Below, one piece after another: positions 10,475-21,622 of a stretch of DNA of 64,000 nucleotides. Below the pieces are notes generated by a model. It was not told the DNA's origin, did no database searches, and saw nothing but the letters and a program-made list of their open reading frames with translations. Origin of the DNA: Armatimonadota bacterium (GTDB taxonomy: Bacteria > Armatimonadota > UBA5829 > DTJY01); assembly GCA_963663705.1 (NCBI GenBank), contig OY760504.1:2632063-2696062 (forward strand), written 5' to 3'. The position numbers and the translations under genes are program-made. Positions within the stretch are counted from its first letter, which is position 1, and every line of letters starts with the position of its first letter.

Positions 10475-13017
10475 TCACACGGGCCTGTGATGGATGCACA
10501 AGCTACTGCCTGCCGGAATCGTGATCATGCCATCCAGTATGATCGACTTGCCATCAGTGCGCGCTGCGAGCCTGCCCGATGGGCCCTCTACATCCACGCA
10601 TGCACCATCAGGCAAATCGGCCAGTTCCAGCGTTTGCAGGCTTTGAACGCCGTATGCCACGTTTAGAGTGTAACGTCCTTCCGACGGTTGTTGCTCGTAT
10701 GTGCCCCATGCGGTTGCAGTGGACCAGAACGTGCGGAAGTTCTCATTATTGATCGCCGGCGCAAATCCGATCCGACCTTCGCTGCAGTTGAATGAAAAGC
10801 CATCAAGGGCAAGTTTGATCGCCCAATTTGCCATGGATCGTGCGTAATGATTGCCCCATTCGATCTCATTCCACGGATTGCGACGTTCCCCATCATGCCG
10901 GTCGCGGACGGCTTTTGTGACAGCAAGACCTTCATCAATCATGCCTTCGTAGATCAGATGGCTTGCCAGTTGATACTCAAACCCGATCATTACCTCATCT
11001 GCATACGGAGTCGGATTGTACGGCCTACCGCCGTGTGGCCAGGTGCATATCACCGTACCAGATTCGTCATTCAGCGCAAATACCCTCGCGGAGTTCAAAT
11101 GATTCCAGAAGTCCAGCTTGAAATTATACCGGTATACGCTCTTAACTGTGCTCAGAACGTGTTCCTGCGGGAGCAAATACCCCAGCCCGTATACGTGAGC
11201 CAATTGCTGACCGATAAGCTGATCGATCAGGCATCCGGGGCCAACCTGATATTTCAGCCCCGAATCGGGATCGTATGGTTGGATATAATATTCGCCATTG
11301 AACAACTGCGCATCCAACTCGCAGGACCCGCTCTCTTCGATCCGGCGGCATTCCAACGCGAAATCGCTTTCGCCAAGATGATCGGCCATCAATGCAGCCG
11401 CTCTCAGCGCTCCGAGGTACATAACTCCGCACATGGCGTTCGGACCGTGAAGCTCGGTGTCATAGGTGTTGTGCTGAACGCCCTCCATGATGCCGTCGCG
11501 ATCGGTGTCCCATTCGAGCCAGGCATATTCGAGCGATCTTTTTACATACGGCCAAATATTTTTCAGCCAGTCGCCGCCTCCTCCCAGTTGCCAGTCGCGG
11601 TAGACTTGCATTATTGCACCCATCTGACCGTCTGCGCATGCGTAGAAATCGTTCGGAGGAGTCCCCAGCGGCAGTTGAAGTCGGAAGCAGACTTTTCCGT
11701 CGGGATGCATGCTGTATTTGTATTCGGCATCACGCATGCTACGTTCAAGCTCCGGATACAGGAAGGCGTGCGTCTGGGCGTAATTCCATACATGCGTGCA
11801 CGATCCTTCACAGGAGCCCGCGTCTGCTCCGCATCCTTCCCAGCCGTAGAATGTACCGTCCGGCAGACGGATGCACGTTGTAGTCTTGATGATGCTTGCC
11901 TGGCTGGAAATTGCATCCAGCACGACAGATGGCAGTGTACTGTCAAACAACGAATCGTGGAAAAGCCGTGTCTCGGTCTCAAGTCTCGAAAGATTGTCTG
12001 CGGTATATTTTGCTGCACTCCGCGCATCGGAAAATTGGCTTGCATAGTAGTTCCGCCAGCGAGGCTTTTCGCACTGACATTCGACATTGCATTCGTGCCA
12101 GTACTTCTCGAATATTGGAAAGCACCATGAGATAAACATCGGCAGGCGCACGGATTGTCCCGGCTTGATGGTCGCCGTCATACCCAGCGAACCGACATCT
12201 GATTTCCCGGATGCGGGTGCATCGCTATCGCTCAGCCGACCATTCGTTTTCATGCAATCTGCCCAGTTCCAGAGCGCAAAAAACCAGTCTTCCGAATGTT
12301 GCCATGCCGTCTGCCAGGTAGTATTCGGCCAGTTGGTCGAGAGCGCTATGGTGCCGAAATTCGGATCATTCGACTTGTCGGCATTCCATTCTGCCTGAAG
12401 CACCGTGAGGCCTTTGTCTCTGTGGATTCTTATCTCACCGGCGCCTGGAACTGCTTCTGTGGGAAGGTTTCCCACAAGGACGATTTCAACGTCCTTCTCG
12501 CTTGGATTGGTCAGTGTCCAGTAGAATATCGCTGTCGGGATGCCGGAATCGTCTGCGTTGTGCGGGATTGTCGGATTCCATGCTTCAAGGGAGACATCGA
12601 CCGGCATGTCGGAATCTTCGAAGTCGATATGCGCGAATGGATAAGAGCCGGTGAATGCTGCCGATCTCATATGCGGCAGGCCGGCGCCGGTATCCCTCGG
12701 CACTCCGAATCCGGATTCTTTTCCGTTCGGGTTGAACGGCGGAAGCGGAGGCGATTGCAGCACCTTCAGCACAGGCGATCCTCCGGCAGATCGCGCGCAC
12801 AACGTGAAGAACGCGAACTGAAGCCTGTTGTCCTTGCCTGGCCGATTAAATATCTCCCAATCCCTAAGCTCTCCGCGCCCTCCCAGGCTTATGGTTCCGG
12901 TGCCGATCCCACCAAGAGGGAATTTGATCTGATCAAGGTGTTTTCCGGTAAAAGTGCGTTGTGGACCCATGCCGTATAAATCATCATGGGAATATGGGAT
13001 GTTTGGGGGATTCATCG
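10475..13017 (-). CDS. Glycoside hydrolase family 116 (GBA2-type beta-glucosidase/glucosylceramidase family).
   Basis: GH116 N-terminal signature FPLGGIGTGTISLGGRGELRDWEIFN followed by a large (alpha/alpha)6-type C-terminal domain. Start moved to ATG 13017 (MNPPNIPY), which has AGGAGAAATCG ahead of it. Confidence 0.75.
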
Positions 13018-13382
13018 ATTTCTCCTCTGAATGTTTGTTCGAGCCAAATACTGGTGTAACCTTTGGATACACTCAACTGAAACCCTGACGCCGGCCAGTT
13101 TGCCGTTTATCAGTCCATTTCTATATAGCAAGTTAGCAAGGCGGTATGACATTTATCAACAATCAGCGCCTCCAAGGACAGCACATTTTATGACAGTATC
13201 AATTTCTTGTTGATGCTCTCCAGCCACCGTCAGTTGAACTTCATCCAGACAGTATGCAAGATTTCGCCTTTTGGCTCCATCGGTGACATGCCGTCATTGC
13301 ACATGTATAATTCTCCTCGAACACATATTACTTTCGGTTTAGAAGTAGCGACCGCCTAAAACGATTTTTTGCAACAAAATTC

Positions 13383-14873
13383 TTACAATTCGGCCTTTTC
13401 TATTTCTGCATTCGTGACGCCGGCCTTATTCTTATTACGGAAGGCTTTTAGCTCAATTTCATCTGCCTCAAACATCGGAGGCACAAAATCATCGTCGCCG
13501 CCGAGTTTGAGCCAGAGTCTGTACAGTTTCACTCGGTAATATAGGGCGGCAATAACAAATAATACCTGCCAAACGAATATCAACCTGTAGTAATAGTCAC
13601 CCTGAATATGAAGAGTATTTTGACAAAGAGACTTCAGCCCATCCAGGAACAAACCGCAGATAACTCCGGCCATGATCATCATAAAAGATCTGACCAATGC
13701 GTTTGCACTGCAAAACTGACCGTATCTGGAGTGCGGCAGAAGCCTCATAAACATCGGCAGATCTGCCGCCATGAAGACCACTCCCGCAGGCAGAGTCACA
13801 GCTGTAGTTATAATCGTAAGCCACAATACGGTTCCGTGAGGCCAGTTCCATAGAAACACAATGTTAGTCGGAATAAAGATCAACGTCCAGATCATTGCCG
13901 TCAGCCCAACTCTTATCGGATGCTTCTTGTCCACATAATAGCCCGATGGTATCAACAGCAGCGTAGCTACAATACCACTTATTCCACCTATGACCCCCAT
14001 TTCCTTCATGGTTAGCCCAATACTCAGATTCCTGAAATTGCCAAAAGGGGCTATCGCACCTGATGCAGCCCAAAATCCAAACGACAGGTAGAAATACCAG
14101 TAAAATTTGTGGCAGTACGATTCCTTGAAAAATGTTTTGACCCCGTCCAGCACGGCGTTCTTGCGCTTAGCGGGTGCAGGTGGCGGCGGATACTCGCCTT
14201 CCTTGACCTTCAAACACATCATCATAAAACCAACAAAGTACAAAATACCGAATCCAACAAATATCAGCTTGGAGTGGCTTTGGGCATACGGAAATATAAA
14301 GAAGCTAAACAGCGCTCCGGCCCCGGTCCCGATGGCACGGAAAAGCGACATGAACCTGCCGAGATACTGCTCCGGCACAACATCATTGAACAAGTAATAG
14401 TAGACTGAGGCAACGATCATATGAAAAGACTGGTAACAAACCACCAAAACGGCGATGATTCCAATTGTAACCGCCGCCTCGGAACTTGCGCTATGATGCA
14501 GGAAGTGCTTGAAGAAAAAGCCCCCAATCTCCCTGCAAAATCCGGTCAAAACAAGGAACACCCCCACAAACGGCGTGGAAAAGGCAAGGAAGGGTATTCT
14601 TCTACCCCACTTGCTTCGATGCCGATCACTCATAAAGCTCGCTATAGGACAGATGGTAAGATTAAATATATTAGTGATCGTCGTGATATACATTGATATA
14701 ATCAGGTTGGATGCCCCAAGTCCCTTGAGGATAAACGGCAACACTGAAGGTTCCACCGTCTCCATCAGAGTAAAGCAGAAGTCGCCCCAGAGCAGCCACA
14801 TGAATGTGATAATGAGGGCGCGCTTCGTGTATTCGAGCGTTCCTACGCTGTATTTGATTGCAGATTCAGACAT
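13383..14873 (-). CDS. Membrane transporter, MFS/GPH-like sugar:cation symporter.
   Basis: Multiple TM helices. Start set at ATG 14873 (MSESAIKYSVGTLEYTKR) because a decayed duplicate of this exact 5' end and its RBS exists at 31760-31920. Confidence 0.6.
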   Translation of the reverse strand: MSESAIKYSVGTLEYTKRALIITFMWLLWGDFCFTLMETVEPSVLPFILKGLGASNLIISMYITTITNIFNLTICPIASFMSDRHRSKWGRRIPFLAFSTPFVGVFLVLTGFCREIGGFFFKHFLHHSASSEAAVTIGIIAVLVVCYQSFHMIVASVYYYLFNDVVPEQYLGRFMSLFRAIGTGAGALFSFFIFPYAQSHSKLIFVGFGILYFVGFMMMCLKVKEGEYPPPPAPAKRKNAVLDGVKTFFKESYCHKFYWYFYLSFGFWAASGAIAPFGNFRNLSIGLTMKEMGVIGGISGIVATLLLIPSGYYVDKKHPIRVGLTAMIWTLIFIPTNIVFLWNWPHGTVLWLTIITTAVTLPAGVVFMAADLPMFMRLLPHSRYGQFCSANALVRSFMMIMAGVICGLFLDGLKSLCQNTLHIQGDYYYRLIFVWQVLFVIAALYYRVKLYRLWLKLGGDDDFVPPMFEADEIELKAFRNKNKAGVTNAEIEKAEL

Positions 14874-15026
14874 AATACCTCTTCTCATTAACCAATGCGG
14901 GTATATGGACTTTACCACACATTTTCTAACATGGTGCTAAGCCGCTTACAAGGGAAGTTCCAGATGCTCTGATTTTTGCACATCCTGCATTAACCTTCCA
15001 ATTGAATCTATTCCATTGGATTGATT

Positions 15027-17048
15027 TCAGCTGAGCCGGAAGTCGATCAGCTCTGGCACGGCAATGTATTCAGAGGATTGCTTTTCATCCGCCAAATCGT
15101 TGGTCGACCGACCACGCTCCCTAGCATGGATTGCAAGCCACAAGTCGGCCAGCCGACCGTCGCCTTCTCGCACACCAGCGAACTCGCGCAGCAGGAGCTC
15201 TTTGGCTTTGGGGTATTCACCCTGCTCCATAGCCAGGTGCGCACGAATGATTATCAGATCCTCTTGCTCCCGGATATCACTCGGGAGATGCTCGATGAAG
15301 GCTGCCAGATCCGACCATTTGGATTCCTCCATCAGGGCCTTTGCATACTCCAGTGCAAAATGCCACGTGATGGGACGGAGTTCCACGGCCCGCCTCAGGT
15401 GATGCAGCAGCCCATCCTGATCTTTCCGACGGTCAGCCAGCACCGCCAAATTCCGTTCTGCCCATGCGGATGGTTTACGCTCTACAGATATCTGCCAGGC
15501 CTCTTTCGCGCCGTCTTCATCGCGAGCTTCCATGCGCATGTTGCCCAGATGGTACCATGCAAACCAGTGATCATTTTCCCCGGACTTGAGGCTCTCTTCC
15601 AGCATCATCCGCCACTCCGCCTGCACCATGAAGGCTCCAGGCTCAGCGCATGTGTCCCGTTCGGCGAGCAGACTCGTCACCAAAAAATCCTGCCACAGAC
15701 GCTCATCTTCGCCCAGCTTTGCCGAGCTGAAGTCGAGCTCCGACGGGGTATGGTCGGGCTCACCTGCGGCTGCTTTTCGCTTTCTCTCAAGTTCACCCCA
15801 ACCGCTGCCGCTTGTGATGAGAGCGGCGTTCGGCTTTATGGATATGCCGGACAACAACTCATCGACTCCGTAGAGCTCATCTGCCGGAAGTTGAGTAAGT
15901 ACGGCTTCTTCTGCGGCGACCCGGGCGACTGTCCAATCCTCTGATTGAACTTTCCCGGCATCCGCGTGCAGGAGACCGCAAGCCTCCGTCCAAGTCCATT
16001 CGGTGCGCGGCGGCATGGGGATGCTTTCCAGTTGCGTCTGGCACAGGCCCGCCTGAATCTCGGCATATGCACATCCTGGTTCTGCAAGATGCCCCTGGAA
16101 TCGCCTTCCGCCTGTAGACCTTCCCCAGGCAAAGAGCTTGCGTCCCTTAAGTCTGGCCGTAGATACCTGGAAAAACCCTGTGCCCGTGCTGTCCAAAGCG
16201 GCTATCCAGGGAGTCTGTTTCTGCATTACTTTGTAAAAGAACTCCCGCGATTTTGGCATGCGCGCAGGCAGGGTGACATCTACGCCTTGGTCGATAGGGA
16301 GCTGTCTGCATGTAAACTTGTTATCGGACGTATTTGTGATGGCCGCATCCGCAGGGACCAGAACTCTGGTGTCTTCGCTCTCCTCTACGGCTATGTTCGT
16401 CCACCAGTACATCGGCACTTCGTGCTCATGAGGGTTCACTATGCGCACTCGCCAGTACAACTGTGATGAGCCGTCCGGCAGGTAGAAATCCACCTGCCAG
16501 GAGATGCCTTTCACACGGTCCCATTCGTATATGCGATATACCGGTTCTCCGTTCGGACCTTCCACCCGGGCCGAGAAGATTGTCGAGCATGTGTAATAAT
16601 GGTGTCCGAATTGCCCGCAGTTCCACTCGATTCCACCACTCGTCCAGGCGTTTCGAAGCGCTAGGTTGGCAGGCTGCCAGACCGGGTTTTTGTGCAAAAT
16701 CTCCCGTGCCGATGGCTTGTGGTACAACGAGTAGAGCTTCCCGCCCAAGTCAGGGAGGAACGTCGCCACGAGAACATCGTTTTCCAGCACAACGGCGTCA
16801 TGCGGGGTTGTGATTCGATCTCTAGTATATGAATCCTGCATTCTGTGCGGCAGCACCCGGCTTCCGCAATCCTTACCAAGGTAGCGCATATCTTCCTTTG
16901 ACAGCGATCCATCGGTGGGTGCCGTGAGATCCGCCTCACCGCGGAACATCGGCAGGGGATTCTCTGCTCCGATCCGGGCAGTAGGTATGGTCAGTAACTC
17001 TAATCGCAATTCAGTCATTTGATTCTCCGTATGATAATTGGCTCTCAA
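15027..17048 (-). CDS. Hypothetical protein with C-terminal TPR-like helical repeats (possibly DUF5107-type).
   Basis: 673-aa ORF. The N-terminal beta-rich region NPVWQPANLALRNAWTSGGIEWN shows no firm family assignment. The C-terminus has WFAWYHLGNMRMEARDEDGAKEAW-type TPR-like repeats. Confidence 0.45.
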   Translation of the reverse strand: MRANYHTENQMTELRLELLTIPTARIGAENPLPMFRGEADLTAPTDGSLSKEDMRYLGKDCGSRVLPHRMQDSYTRDRITTPHDAVVLENDVLVATFLPDLGGKLYSLYHKPSAREILHKNPVWQPANLALRNAWTSGGIEWNCGQFGHHYYTCSTIFSARVEGPNGEPVYRIYEWDRVKGISWQVDFYLPDGSSQLYWRVRIVNPHEHEVPMYWWTNIAVEESEDTRVLVPADAAITNTSDNKFTCRQLPIDQGVDVTLPARMPKSREFFYKVMQKQTPWIAALDSTGTGFFQVSTARLKGRKLFAWGRSTGGRRFQGHLAEPGCAYAEIQAGLCQTQLESIPMPPRTEWTWTEACGLLHADAGKVQSEDWTVARVAAEEAVLTQLPADELYGVDELLSGISIKPNAALITSGSGWGELERKRKAAAGEPDHTPSELDFSSAKLGEDERLWQDFLVTSLLAERDTCAEPGAFMVQAEWRMMLEESLKSGENDHWFAWYHLGNMRMEARDEDGAKEAWQISVERKPSAWAERNLAVLADRRKDQDGLLHHLRRAVELRPITWHFALEYAKALMEESKWSDLAAFIEHLPSDIREQEDLIIIRAHLAMEQGEYPKAKELLLREFAGVREGDGRLADLWLAIHARERGRSTNDLADEKQSSEYIAVPELIDFRLS

Positions 17049-17090
17049 AAGATGGGTTTACTACTTATGGCCTGCAGCCCTGATCCTTTG

Positions 17091-18998
17091 TTACTTCTGA
17101 CACCCGAGAAGGTCGGTCGAAGTACTCTTGCAACTGGGCGTGCACAAGTCCCGGATCCGTAGTGCGGTCCTCAGCATAGCCTCTCTGATGCGAAACAGCT
17201 CTGACTCTTTGCTTCGCCTTCTCCAAAGCCCGGCATACTCGTCGTAAAGCCGCTCGAACTCACAAGCAAGGGCCTCACGTGCCTGGATCCCTTCGCCTAG
17301 CAAGAGCAGGGCATATCTGTTTGCAGCACATATCATGGATGCCGACCAGATGAACTCGTCATAATCCATGCGCACACCGGCACGGGCAGATACCCTCAGG
17401 TGTGCAAGTTCGCGCGATATCTCAGAGGCGGTGTCAAGATGCTGTCGCAGAGTCTCCACGTCTAAGTCGGGGCTGCTCTGCAGATCTTTCCTCAACTCAT
17501 CGACCGGTTTGTCATCCATTGTCAAATAACGATACGGGTCAGCGTCCCCAAGTCTGCGAAGCAGATCGCCAAGTCTTCGGCTGCTATCTCCATATGCCAC
17601 TGTGGAGAAGGCTGTATCGAAATCGCTCTGTACCGGTGTGCCTTCTACATTCCAGCTGTACGAGGCCCCCATGATAAGCCCATGCATGGACGCCGATAGC
17701 AGATTCATATGGCCGTGATCCCCCCAGTTGGTATTGAGCAGACCCGATGCATGGTACTTCTTTCCGTACATTGCCATGTGCCCAATGTTGCTCTCCGCAT
17801 CCTGAATCTTGGCGGCAAAACTCTCCCAGACATGAACCCCGGGACAGACATACTGGGTCAGCCCTGCAGCCTCGAACCGAGCGGCATTCGCCTCCGGTGG
17901 AGTAGGTGGAACGGTACCGTAGTGCCAGTTCAAAACGACGATATCTTTTGGCAGTGTCGCAAGCAGCTCGCCATACTCCAGAACCATATCGCCCCAGAAC
18001 ATCGCACGTTTTCCTCTGGCTCTGACGAGGTCGACCACAGCCGTGAGATGCTTTATATACAAATCTTTCGGTCGCGCATTAGAATTTTTGCCCTTACCCA
18101 GATCAAAGGTCTCGTCGCAGCATATATTAACAAAGTCTGACGAGAAAAGCGGGAGAAATTCGTCGAACATTCGCTCAACGAGTTTTATCGATTCCGGATC
18201 GTTCACGTCCAGCGTGTAATGGAGGTGTCTGTCATACCAGTTATACGGCAGGTTCCCGGCCTCTATAGGGAGTTCATTCAGATGTTGAAAAGACCGCGTG
18301 CGAAGGACTTCGTACATGTGACCGAAAGTGGAGATGGATGGAACAAGGTCTATGTGCCGTTCGCGGCAATATCTATCCAGCTCCAGAATCTCCACTGCCG
18401 TGAGTGGATCCATCCCCGCTCCTATCTCTCGCATGGATTGGAACAGGAAGCTGTGCTCTATGTAAAGCTGAAGGTGGTTTATCTTATAGGCGACGCACGA
18501 ATCGGCTATGTGCTTCAGGGTCGAAAGGGTGGGAACCTGTCCGCGCGTGACATCGTGGTAGAATCCCCGGACAGCAAAGTCGGGGGCATCCTCTATTTCC
18601 ATGGCGGAGAGGTCTATGCCAAACTGGTTTACGATCTGGAGCAGCGTTTCCACCCCGTAACGCAGCCCTGCCGAGGACGCACCCTCCACACAGACGCAAT
18701 CCCCTGCGATGTGAATTCGGTACGATTCGGCGTTCATGCCATCCGGCACAATTCTGAGGATGAAATCATGCGCGCGGCAGTCATGCTCAGCTCTTGTTAC
18801 TGGGAGATCATACCCTGTGGCTTCAAGGAGACCGCACTTCAGGCGATTGGCGGTTATGACGTCCGCGTAAGAGGTCCCTGCCTCCAGTGAGATAGAAGTG
18901 TGGACATCAATTTCAAAGACGCCATCCAGTGGCCTTATGGATTTGGGCTGTGGCAGCAGACAGGGTATACAATCTGAAAACATCATGAAACCTTTCAA
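17091..18998 (-). CDS. GH20-like (beta-hexosaminidase fold) protein with a divergent catalytic motif.
   Basis: Segment DAPDFAVRGFYHDVTRG...KHIADSCVAYKINHLQLYIEHSF follows the GH20 pattern DxPRFxxRG...HxHLTDDQ, but the DDQ is replaced. N-terminal zincin-like domain. Confidence 0.4.
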   Translation of the reverse strand: MKGFMMFSDCIPCLLPQPKSIRPLDGVFEIDVHTSISLEAGTSYADVITANRLKCGLLEATGYDLPVTRAEHDCRAHDFILRIVPDGMNAESYRIHIAGDCVCVEGASSAGLRYGVETLLQIVNQFGIDLSAMEIEDAPDFAVRGFYHDVTRGQVPTLSTLKHIADSCVAYKINHLQLYIEHSFLFQSMREIGAGMDPLTAVEILELDRYCRERHIDLVPSISTFGHMYEVLRTRSFQHLNELPIEAGNLPYNWYDRHLHYTLDVNDPESIKLVERMFDEFLPLFSSDFVNICCDETFDLGKGKNSNARPKDLYIKHLTAVVDLVRARGKRAMFWGDMVLEYGELLATLPKDIVVLNWHYGTVPPTPPEANAARFEAAGLTQYVCPGVHVWESFAAKIQDAESNIGHMAMYGKKYHASGLLNTNWGDHGHMNLLSASMHGLIMGASYSWNVEGTPVQSDFDTAFSTVAYGDSSRRLGDLLRRLGDADPYRYLTMDDKPVDELRKDLQSSPDLDVETLRQHLDTASEISRELAHLRVSARAGVRMDYDEFIWSASMICAANRYALLLLGEGIQAREALACEFERLYDEYAGLWRRRSKESELFRIREAMLRTALRIRDLCTPSCKSTSTDLLGCQK

Positions 18999-19044
18999 TG
19001 CTTGTGCTTCATACCGGGAAAGAACTTGACATCTTTAAACTCAG

Positions 19045-19079
19045 AATTGTGGCAGACCCGGAATGGGTCCGCCACAATT
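19045..19079 (-). terminator. Hairpin downstream of the DUF1559 gene. It is homologous to the terminator at 31691-31730.
   Basis: aattgtggc...gccacaatt inverted repeat. The stem sequence is related to the ctgtggcgg/ccgccacag terminator after the paralogue at 30904-31653, but the T-run here is weak. Confidence 0.4.
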
Positions 19080-19142
19080 ATTACCATTCGTTTATATTGC
19101 AGTATCTCAGTTGCTGGCTACTTCCAGAGTCTATAACGGATA

Positions 19143-19898
19143 TTAATACCCTTGTCCCCAGGCATTTCCGCTTACGTTGTTGCCGGCATCGATGCACTGC
19201 TGCCCGAGTGTCTGCAACTGAATCCATTTTGCATGACCGTCAGCAAAGGCGACATTAATTCCCCCACTATGTCGGGGTGTGGAATAGCTTGGGTCGCTGG
19301 TCGGAGCAGACACACCATTGTATGCCCCCTCACCAGGGAAGTAGTAAGCGCTATTCGGCGACGACCAGTTCACGAAACCGCAACCGGGGCAGTTGGCGTC
19401 ATAGATGAGATATGTACTCGCCGGGCTGGTTACTGATCCCAAGCTCCTGCAGGTTTCGCCCCAGGGCACGCGGCCGCATAACGTAGTGTTCAAACCGTAC
19501 CCGCCGTACCAGGCATTTGTGTCGCCTGCATTGGGCTGGCTTGGACAGACAAAAACAGTATCTTTATGATAGTGGTTGCCCTTTATATAAGGATAAAGCC
19601 CAGCTTGGAAATAATAAAAGTTGTTACCATTGCCATCATCCCATACCGGCCAAAAGTCGCCATCGAGCGGGCACTGATTACTCGACATCACGCAGGGAGG
19701 GAAGACTTCGTCGTAATCCTGCATGTACATCATGGTAGCCACGCCTAACTGTTTGAGGTTCGATAGGCAAGTGATCTGCCGTGCCTTTTCACGGGCTTTG
19801 GCAAAAACAGGGAATAGTATAGCTGCCAAGATGGCTATTATAGCTATGACAACTAGCAACTCAATCAGAGTGAAACCAGATCTCTTTGCGGTCTTCAT
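19143..19898 (-). CDS. Prepilin-type N-terminal cleavage/methylation domain protein of the DUF1559 / H-X9-DG family.
   Basis: N-terminus [41 protein letters not shown] and C-terminal [16 protein letters not shown] (H-X9-DG). About 95% identical at the amino-acid level to 30904-31653. Confidence 0.85.
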   Translation of the reverse strand: MKTAKRSGFTLIELLVVIAIIAILAAILFPVFAKAREKARQITCLSNLKQLGVATMMYMQDYDEVFPPCVMSSNQCPLDGDFWPVWDDGNGNNFYYFQAGLYPYIKGNHYHKDTVFVCPSQPNAGDTNAWYGGYGLNTTLCGRVPWGETCRSLGSVTSPASTYLIYDANCPGCGFVNWSSPNSAYYFPGEGAYNGVSAPTSDPSYSTPRHSGGINVAFADGHAKWIQLQTLGQQCIDAGNNVSGNAWGQGY

Positions 19899-20332
19899 GG
19901 TGTTCCTCCTATTTATTGTTCGAGCGTAAAAGTTGGCTCGAAGGTTGCCGACATTAATGCATTCTCTCTTTTGTTGATTCCGCGGTACTACCGGATGAAC
20001 AAAACCACTTGCCCTGTCTGTAAGAATAACTCAATTTGCAAGCAGAAGTGCACATTCCATGAGCACTGAAGATTCGAGTACGCTTCAGGACACACATTCA
20101 ATGTAACTCTACATTACGATACAAGCGCATTATATAGCTCGTTCTGCTTGTTGTCAACATTTTTTTGCGCATTGAACCGCATACTTTACCATGCCGTCCA
20201 AACCCATTTAATTCATTCGGGCATCCGCTCAACATACAATTTACCTGGAGCACACGGCCGATTCATCCTACGAGCTGCGCATAAGGTTAAATGCGATGGC
20301 ATATTCACAGAGTGGATTCCAATATTTAGAGA

Positions 20333-20361
20333 TTGACAGCCACACTGGAGAATGATACAAT
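20333..20361 (+). promoter_or_regulatory. Sigma70-type promoter for the regulator gene at 20410.
   Basis: TTGACA (20333-20338), 17-nt spacer, TACAAT (20356-20361), about 48 nt before the ATG. Confidence 0.5.
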
Positions 20362-20409
20362 ACGGTAAGTAAATGCAATAGTGCTGCATTGAGTTGAAGG
20401 ACGGAACGA

Positions 20410-21552
20410 ATGGGCGGTATACTTTCAGATAACGTCGCAAAATCTATCACGCAGGATTTCATTGAAAATGGCGCTTTTGTTCAAGGCGATCGCATGCCTA
20501 CGGTTAAAGCGCTTGCAGATAAATACAATACTTCCTGCAGTACTGTCAGAAAAGCCCTCGATATACTGGAAGGCTATGGGGCCATTGTAAAACGTCAGGG
20601 CAGTGGAATTTATATAGCCGACCATGTACAGACCGACGCAAATAACAGCATGCTTATCGGATATATCGGCCCGGTCAGCAGCGATTACATAAATATGGAA
20701 CTATACAGAGGAATTGAACTAGTCGCCAAAAACAAAGGTTATCAGGTGACGGTCAACTCCAGCAGGTACGACTATGAAGAAGAGCGGGCACAAGTACTGC
20801 GTATGGCGCAATCCGGATGCCAGGCAGTGATCGTCACGCCAAGCTTCGTGCGCACCGATGAGCAATTTGAAAACGACTATCTAAAAAACGAATTGCAGGA
20901 TTTCCCGATAATTCTAGTTGATATCGCAGATCCGGAGCAGCATAGGCCAATGGTTTTATTCGATAACTACAGGGCCGGCTATGATATGACACAGCTCCTC
21001 ATCTCCAAGGGTCACGAGCGAATCGCCTTCATGCGAAGTGACATATCAGAGGGTTGCCACCATTTGCGCTCCAATATGGAACGATTCCGCGGTTACTGCG
21101 ATGCCATGTCGAGCAACGGGTTACAAGTTATAGATGAAGACACCTGGATCATACCGCTTCCATTGTCCCCGGAAGAAACGAATATCATGCGATATTTGAT
21201 GCAATGGCAGAATGCCGCTTCCCGGCCCTCTGCCGTGATCTGCACGGAGGACAATGCAGTCATACGGACGATATCGATAGCCAGAGAGATGGGCATATGC
21301 GTACCAAAGGATCTTTGCATGGTAGGATTTGACAATCTTCCTCACGGCCGCATTTTCCGGCCAACCTTTCATACCACAGGGCCGGATTTCGCACGCGCGG
21401 GTCAAATCGCAGCGGAAACCGCCTTCGAAGCCATAGACAAAGGTGTGGATGCAATCGCAGGAAGAATATATATTTTGCCAGTGCCTATAATCAAGCGAAC
21501 GGATTTCGACCTGTACGTGCAAGATCTTGTGTCCAAAGCTGAAGCACAATAA
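20410..21552 (+). CDS. Hybrid transcriptional regulator: GntR-type winged HTH fused to a LacI/periplasmic-binding-protein-like sugar-binding domain.
   Basis: N-terminal HTH GDRMPTVKALADKYNTSCSTVRKALDILEGYGAIVKRQGSGIYIA. The rest is a LacI-type PBP fold (MVGFDNLPHG...). Paralogue of 25297-26445. Confidence 0.8.
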   Translation: MGGILSDNVAKSITQDFIENGAFVQGDRMPTVKALADKYNTSCSTVRKALDILEGYGAIVKRQGSGIYIADHVQTDANNSMLIGYIGPVSSDYINMELYRGIELVAKNKGYQVTVNSSRYDYEEERAQVLRMAQSGCQAVIVTPSFVRTDEQFENDYLKNELQDFPIILVDIADPEQHRPMVLFDNYRAGYDMTQLLISKGHERIAFMRSDISEGCHHLRSNMERFRGYCDAMSSNGLQVIDEDTWIIPLPLSPEETNIMRYLMQWQNAASRPSAVICTEDNAVIRTISIAREMGICVPKDLCMVGFDNLPHGRIFRPTFHTTGPDFARAGQIAAETAFEAIDKGVDAIAGRIYILPVPIIKRTDFDLYVQDLVSKAEAQ

Positions 21553-21622
21553 ACACCAGTACAACCAAGTCCCATTTGGCTTGTTTGCTTGCGGTAATCT
21601 AAGTTAAGGAGGGTTAACATTT

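Noticed and set aside
10847-12130. 427-aa ORF on the plus strand inside the GH116 gene
   Set aside because: Entirely antisense to a well-supported 847-aa GH116 CDS with clear family motifs. No RBS and no recognisable domain.
12296-12979. 227-aa plus-strand ORF (Arg-rich) within the GH116 gene
   Set aside because: Antisense shadow ORF. No homology features.
15021-15944. 307-aa plus-strand ORF overlapping the TPR protein gene
   Set aside because: Antisense to the longer 673-aa minus-strand ORF. Its Ser/Arg/Pro-rich composition is typical of out-of-frame translation of GC-rich coding DNA.
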